Source: Promethearchaeota archaeon
GTDB lineage: Archaea; Asgardarchaeota; Thorarchaeia; Thorarchaeales; Thorarchaeaceae
Assembly (NCBI GenBank): GCA_048939765.1
Contig: JBHLPF010000009.1
Location: 73,690 to 84,523 of the forward strand
Reading direction: 5' to 3'
DNA: 10,834 bases
The notes below the pieces were generated by a model that was not told where the DNA came from, did not search any database, and was given only the letters and a program-made list of their open reading frames with translations. The first letter of the stretch is position 1. Every line of letters starts with the position of its first letter. The position numbers were made by a program, and so were the translations under genes. This document shows positions 7,345 to 10,834 of this stretch, in pieces.

Positions 7345-8121
7345 ATGAAGACGGTGATAATTCCTACACTCAATGAAGAGGCTAACATTGGGCGTCTTAT
7401 TCCAGCCATCTACGATTACTTGGGTGAAGAGGATGTTTCAGTGGTAGTGGTGGACGATGCTAGTGAAGATAGTACCTGTGAAGTTGTAGAGAAGTTGAGT
7501 GCGGATTACGGTGTTACCCTCTTTGAACGCAAAGGGCAACGCGGAATTTCAAGTGCAGTTCGGTATGCATCGAGAAAGGCTGGAAATGGTCATATCGCCG
7601 TCATGGATGCAGACTTCTCACATCATCCAAAGTATCTGCCTGTACTTTTCAAGAAGATAGGCTTGGGATATGATATTGCTGTTGGCTCAAGATATGTGAC
7701 TGGAGGCGGTGTAGACGGGTGGCCGAGCTACAGGCTATTTCTTAGTCTGGGTGCTACTGTGCTAGCCAAGGCTCTTTTCCGGTTTCCCATTAGAGATCCC
7801 ATGAGTGGGTATGCCGCATTCAAATCTAGCCAGATTCTAATCGATGGCATAGCAAACTCAGAATCCAAATTCTTGATTGATGTGCTAGCATCAATGGACC
7901 ATCTTAGAATTGTCGAGATTCCTATTGTATTCCGAAATCGCAAACTGGGATCGAGCAAATTAACCGGAGTCACTCTTCTTGGTTATCTCAATCAGATTCT
8001 AACACGATATCTCCAACGCGGCAAAAGGGGAGTATGGACATTCAGGCCATCTCAATTGGAGCTTCCAATTGACCCAGTGCATCTAGCAGCACTTCAGCAA
8101 ACTGATATAACACATCAATGA
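7345..8121 (+). CDS. GT2 polyprenol/dolichol-phosphate glycosyltransferase (DPM1/Ppm1-like)
   Basis: IIPTLNEEANI, VVVDDASEDST, the DxD motif VMDADFSHHP, DIAVGSRYVTGG, IRDPMSGY and EIPIVFRNRKLGSSKL. An SD-like GAGGGG is at 7328-7333. There is no C-terminal GtrA or TM domain. Confidence 0.92.
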   Translation: MKTVIIPTLNEEANIGRLIPAIYDYLGEEDVSVVVVDDASEDSTCEVVEKLSADYGVTLFERKGQRGISSAVRYASRKAGNGHIAVMDADFSHHPKYLPVLFKKIGLGYDIAVGSRYVTGGGVDGWPSYRLFLSLGATVLAKALFRFPIRDPMSGYAAFKSSQILIDGIANSESKFLIDVLASMDHLRIVEIPIVFRNRKLGSSKLTGVTLLGYLNQILTRYLQRGKRGVWTFRPSQLELPIDPVHLAALQQTDITHQ

Positions 8122-8145
8122 CGCTACGCAAGACGATTCAGCAAG

Positions 8146-10293
8146 GTGGCAGTCTTGGAGTCTTACGACCCTAAAGGAAATGGTGGATTTCTTGATGCCA
8201 TTCTCAAGAATCATGGAATGACGATTCTTCTGATGTTGGCTGTCGCCAACATTGTCCCTGCCCTTCTCTTGCGGTTCTTTGGAGGCAACATGTATCTGTT
8301 TTTCATTGTGGTCTTTCTCTGGTCAGCATTATACATCTTCACAATCGGTTTTGTCATCAGATTGGAAAGGGTAATCTCTCTTGCATTCTTCAGTGCATCA
8401 TCGATGCGTTCACTGGTCATTCTACTGTTTCTAGCGGCAATTCCTCGCTTGGCATGGTTTGGGTCTGAAGTCCTTATCTCTCTTGATGCAGTGTGGTACC
8501 TTGACTTCGGGAAGTTCATGTCTTGGGGAAACATTCCATATGCAGACTTCTATTTTCCATATCCTCCAGTCTTTGGCTATTTCATCTATGCCATACTGCT
8601 AATCGCACCGACTATAGATAGCTACAGAATACTCGCCGTCATCTTTGATGTTGCCATAGTTGGAACGCTCTGGCTAATGGTACGATTGAAAGTCATCAAA
8701 GATGAGATGCGCACAGCTCCATTAGTCTATGCCCTACTTCCATTTGCGGTCATAGAATCCGGCTTCAATGGACACTTTGAACCCATTGCCAATATCCTCC
8801 TAATTCTCTCTTTATGGGGTGTAATGATAGGTCGAGTCAGAGTAGGCGGTATGCTGCTAGGACTCAGCGCTGCAACCAAAGTATATGCAGCATTCATGCT
8901 CCCCGTGTATCTCTTAATCATTCCAGAGAATCGCGAGCGAATTGAGCTTACAGTCATTGCCTTCATCTCAGGATATCTGACCTTCATCCCGTTCTCCATT
9001 CCAGTCTGGTTAAGAGGTGATATGCTACTTCCAGGTACGGCGATGCCCGGGCTTTCCACTGGGTTCTTCGATGCCCTATTTGGCTTCATCTGGAATCTTG
9101 CTCCAATTCATCTCCTAACTATTGCATTGATAGGATTGGGAGCATTGGTCCTGATTGTATTCCTCACACTCAGGTCTATCAATGAAGATGCAACCAGGCT
9201 TGGCTCAACAGGGCTTCTCTACGACATCTTGACGCTGAGCATTGGCCTCATCTTCATTTCCATGACCCTTATCGCATGGATTTATCCTCTCCTGCCACCA
9301 GGTCCTGGTGTCTTCTGGAGGTATCCATTTGACATCGCCCTGGCACGAGGCCTATCCACTGCGACAGGTGCTCTTCTTCTCATCAAGATGGCATGGCGAA
9401 GATGGAGAGAAAAGGCCGAGAAACGAGTCACCAATATACAACTTGCTCTGCTCACATCTATCATACTGATGTTGCTAGTTTCCATGTCAAAGCAGGTCTT
9501 CTACGGTTGGTATCTCCTCTGGGTGATTCCTCCGATTTTCCTTATTCGCGATCGCAGAATCGTGTTTCTTGCACTGGCATGCATGCTTCTCATTTATCCA
9601 AGTTACACGCACGACAACTTTCTCACACTTGGATACAATGAAGACAAGACTTGGAGTGACCAATTCTCGAATGTGAATGACTGGACGATGTACATTGATC
9701 TGTCCAATACCAGTCTATCTCTGGATGATGTCGATGCAGGAGTTCATAGCATGGATGGTATAGGCTCTTTCTCTGTCGACACGAATGCAGTACTCAATGA
9801 TTCTGAACGTAGTGAGCTATCCGTCACTTGGGTCAAGAATGTAAGCATACCCATCACTTCTCAGACTGAATTTGTGATAAGAGAGTCTGCTGACTGGGAC
9901 CCAACGTTTGGAAGGGCCTGTGACGTAGAGCTCTATTTCGTAGGTCTCAATGCTACTGGACATACAGTCAGTTGGCCAATTATCGCAAAATGGCAACATT
10001 CACCCTCAAACATTACATTCTGGCTGTGGCGATTCACCTTTTCGGGACAAGGCATTCAAGTGTATCCTACAGAACTCACCCAGCTTCGCATAATCATTGA
10101 CAATATTCAAGAGCCTCAATGCTCATTTCTAGTAGATTTCATGTACACCACCGAAATCGGTCTGCTCACACCCAGTTCAATCGTCTTGGTGGCCTTCTTG
10201 GCGCTTCCGAACATTGTTGCTGTGCTCACTATGGCTAGGACATTGCCTACTGAGGGCGAGTGGTACCTGGATGAAACTGAGCATCAGTCATAG
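8146..10293 (+). CDS. GT-C membrane glycosyltransferase (GT87/DUF2029, PimE/PIG-M-like) with C-terminal extracytoplasmic domain and terminal TM anchor
   Basis: Many TM helices. The first external loop SLDAVWY..GNIPYADFYFPYPP has an acidic residue plus the YPP motif, followed by NGHFEPI, LGLSAATKVY and KQVFYGWYLLWVIP. The start may be TTG 8155, since AGGTG at 8144-8148 lies 6 nt upstream of it, rather than GTG 8146. Confidence 0.85.
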   Translation: MAVLESYDPKGNGGFLDAILKNHGMTILLMLAVANIVPALLLRFFGGNMYLFFIVVFLWSALYIFTIGFVIRLERVISLAFFSASSMRSLVILLFLAAIPRLAWFGSEVLISLDAVWYLDFGKFMSWGNIPYADFYFPYPPVFGYFIYAILLIAPTIDSYRILAVIFDVAIVGTLWLMVRLKVIKDEMRTAPLVYALLPFAVIESGFNGHFEPIANILLILSLWGVMIGRVRVGGMLLGLSAATKVYAAFMLPVYLLIIPENRERIELTVIAFISGYLTFIPFSIPVWLRGDMLLPGTAMPGLSTGFFDALFGFIWNLAPIHLLTIALIGLGALVLIVFLTLRSINEDATRLGSTGLLYDILTLSIGLIFISMTLIAWIYPLLPPGPGVFWRYPFDIALARGLSTATGALLLIKMAWRRWREKAEKRVTNIQLALLTSIILMLLVSMSKQVFYGWYLLWVIPPIFLIRDRRIVFLALACMLLIYPSYTHDNFLTLGYNEDKTWSDQFSNVNDWTMYIDLSNTSLSLDDVDAGVHSMDGIGSFSVDTNAVLNDSERSELSVTWVKNVSIPITSQTEFVIRESADWDPTFGRACDVELYFVGLNATGHTVSWPIIAKWQHSPSNITFWLWRFTFSGQGIQVYPTELTQLRIIIDNIQEPQCSFLVDFMYTTEIGLLTPSSIVLVAFLALPNIVAVLTMARTLPTEGEWYLDETEHQS

Positions 10294-10297
10294 ACCA

Positions 10298-10834
10298 TCA
10301 TCGCAGAGTCTTGTGATAGTTGCGAATTGTTCTGGCCGCGGCAAGCGACCAGTTCTCCCTCTTTGCATATTGAATCTGTTTTTGGCTGATAGCAGCCATT
10401 GCACTAGGTTTGCTCAATATTCCGATCAAGGTGTCTGCGAGGGAGTCGGCGTTTCCCGACTTGAACAGAAGTATATTGCCTCCCAATGACTCTCTGTTAT
10501 GAAGGCCAGCATCTGAGGCCACAATGGGGACTCCATAACTGGCGTAGTTGTGAATTGGACCGCTAGCCCCCACACTATCTGTGTAGGGGACGAGCAGGAG
10601 CGTACTTGCTGAGAAGTACTTTGAGACTTCATCATCCGGGATGAAATGTGTGTCAAAGCGTACGTCTTCTTCAATACCGAGTTCTCGTACTAGACTGTGC
10701 AGCTTCTTCAGGTATCTGGCCCCCATAGCATCCTGTGGTCGACCAGCCACGAGGAGCGCGACATCGGGGAATTTCTCTTTCACTCTGGCCATAGAACTCA
10801 GGGCGGTCTCGAATCCCTTGCCATCGCGAATGAA
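10298..10834 (-). CDS. GT4 (GT-B) glycosyltransferase, mannosyltransferase-like subfamily; 5' part lies outside the window
   Basis: The frame is open to the window end: FIRDGKGFETALSSMARVKEKFPDVALLVAG, then FDTHFIPDDEVSKYFSASTLLLVPY, GASGPIHNYASYGVPIVASD and NWSLAAART. The ORF-track Met at 10792 is internal. Confidence 0.9.
   Translation of the reverse strand, partial: FIRDGKGFETALSSMARVKEKFPDVALLVAGRPQDAMGARYLKKLHSLVRELGIEEDVRFDTHFIPDDEVSKYFSASTLLLVPYTDSVGASGPIHNYASYGVPIVASDAGLHNRESLGGNILLFKSGNADSLADTLIGILSKPSAMAAISQKQIQYAKRENWSLAAARTIRNYHKTLR

Noticed and set aside
891-10674. Remaining small ORFs in the track (e.g. 891-1220, 1361-1633, 4407-4772, 5758-6117, 7122-7409, 8211-8534, 8727-9089, 10214-10489, 10426-10674)
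   Set aside because: All overlap well-supported genes in antisense or alternate frames and have low-information composition with no recognisable motifs.

Overview
This is a gene-dense, apparently archaeal chromosomal segment with 11 supportable CDS, two of them cut by the window edges. I found no RNA genes, CRISPR arrays or mobile elements. The left block (minus strand) encodes a WecC-like UDP-N-acetylhexosamine dehydrogenase, a conserved hypothetical protein of probable ISOCOT (RpiA/eIF2B/CoA-transferase-like) fold, and a NatAB-like ABC-2 exporter whose permease is missing from the ORF track. The middle block (plus strand) encodes a full-length transcarbamylase homologue that has lost all canonical catalytic motifs, a PflX-type radical SAM protein and an isolated hypC. 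The right block is a compact glycosylation module: sugar-1-P nucleotidyltransferase, DPM1-like GT2, a large GT-C (GT87/PIG-M-like) membrane glycosyltransferase with a fused sequon-rich extracellular domain, and a convergent GT4. The most notable items are the pseudo-transcarbamylase, the module resembling PIM/GPI-type lipid-linked glycosylation, and a nested hairpin filling the hypC-nucleotidyltransferase spacer. Archaeal origin is inferred from TATA-like boxes, a near-leaderless gene, N-X-S/T enrichment and the PflX N-terminal extension. An Asgard (Thorarchaeia-like) source is only an impression and cannot be verified here.
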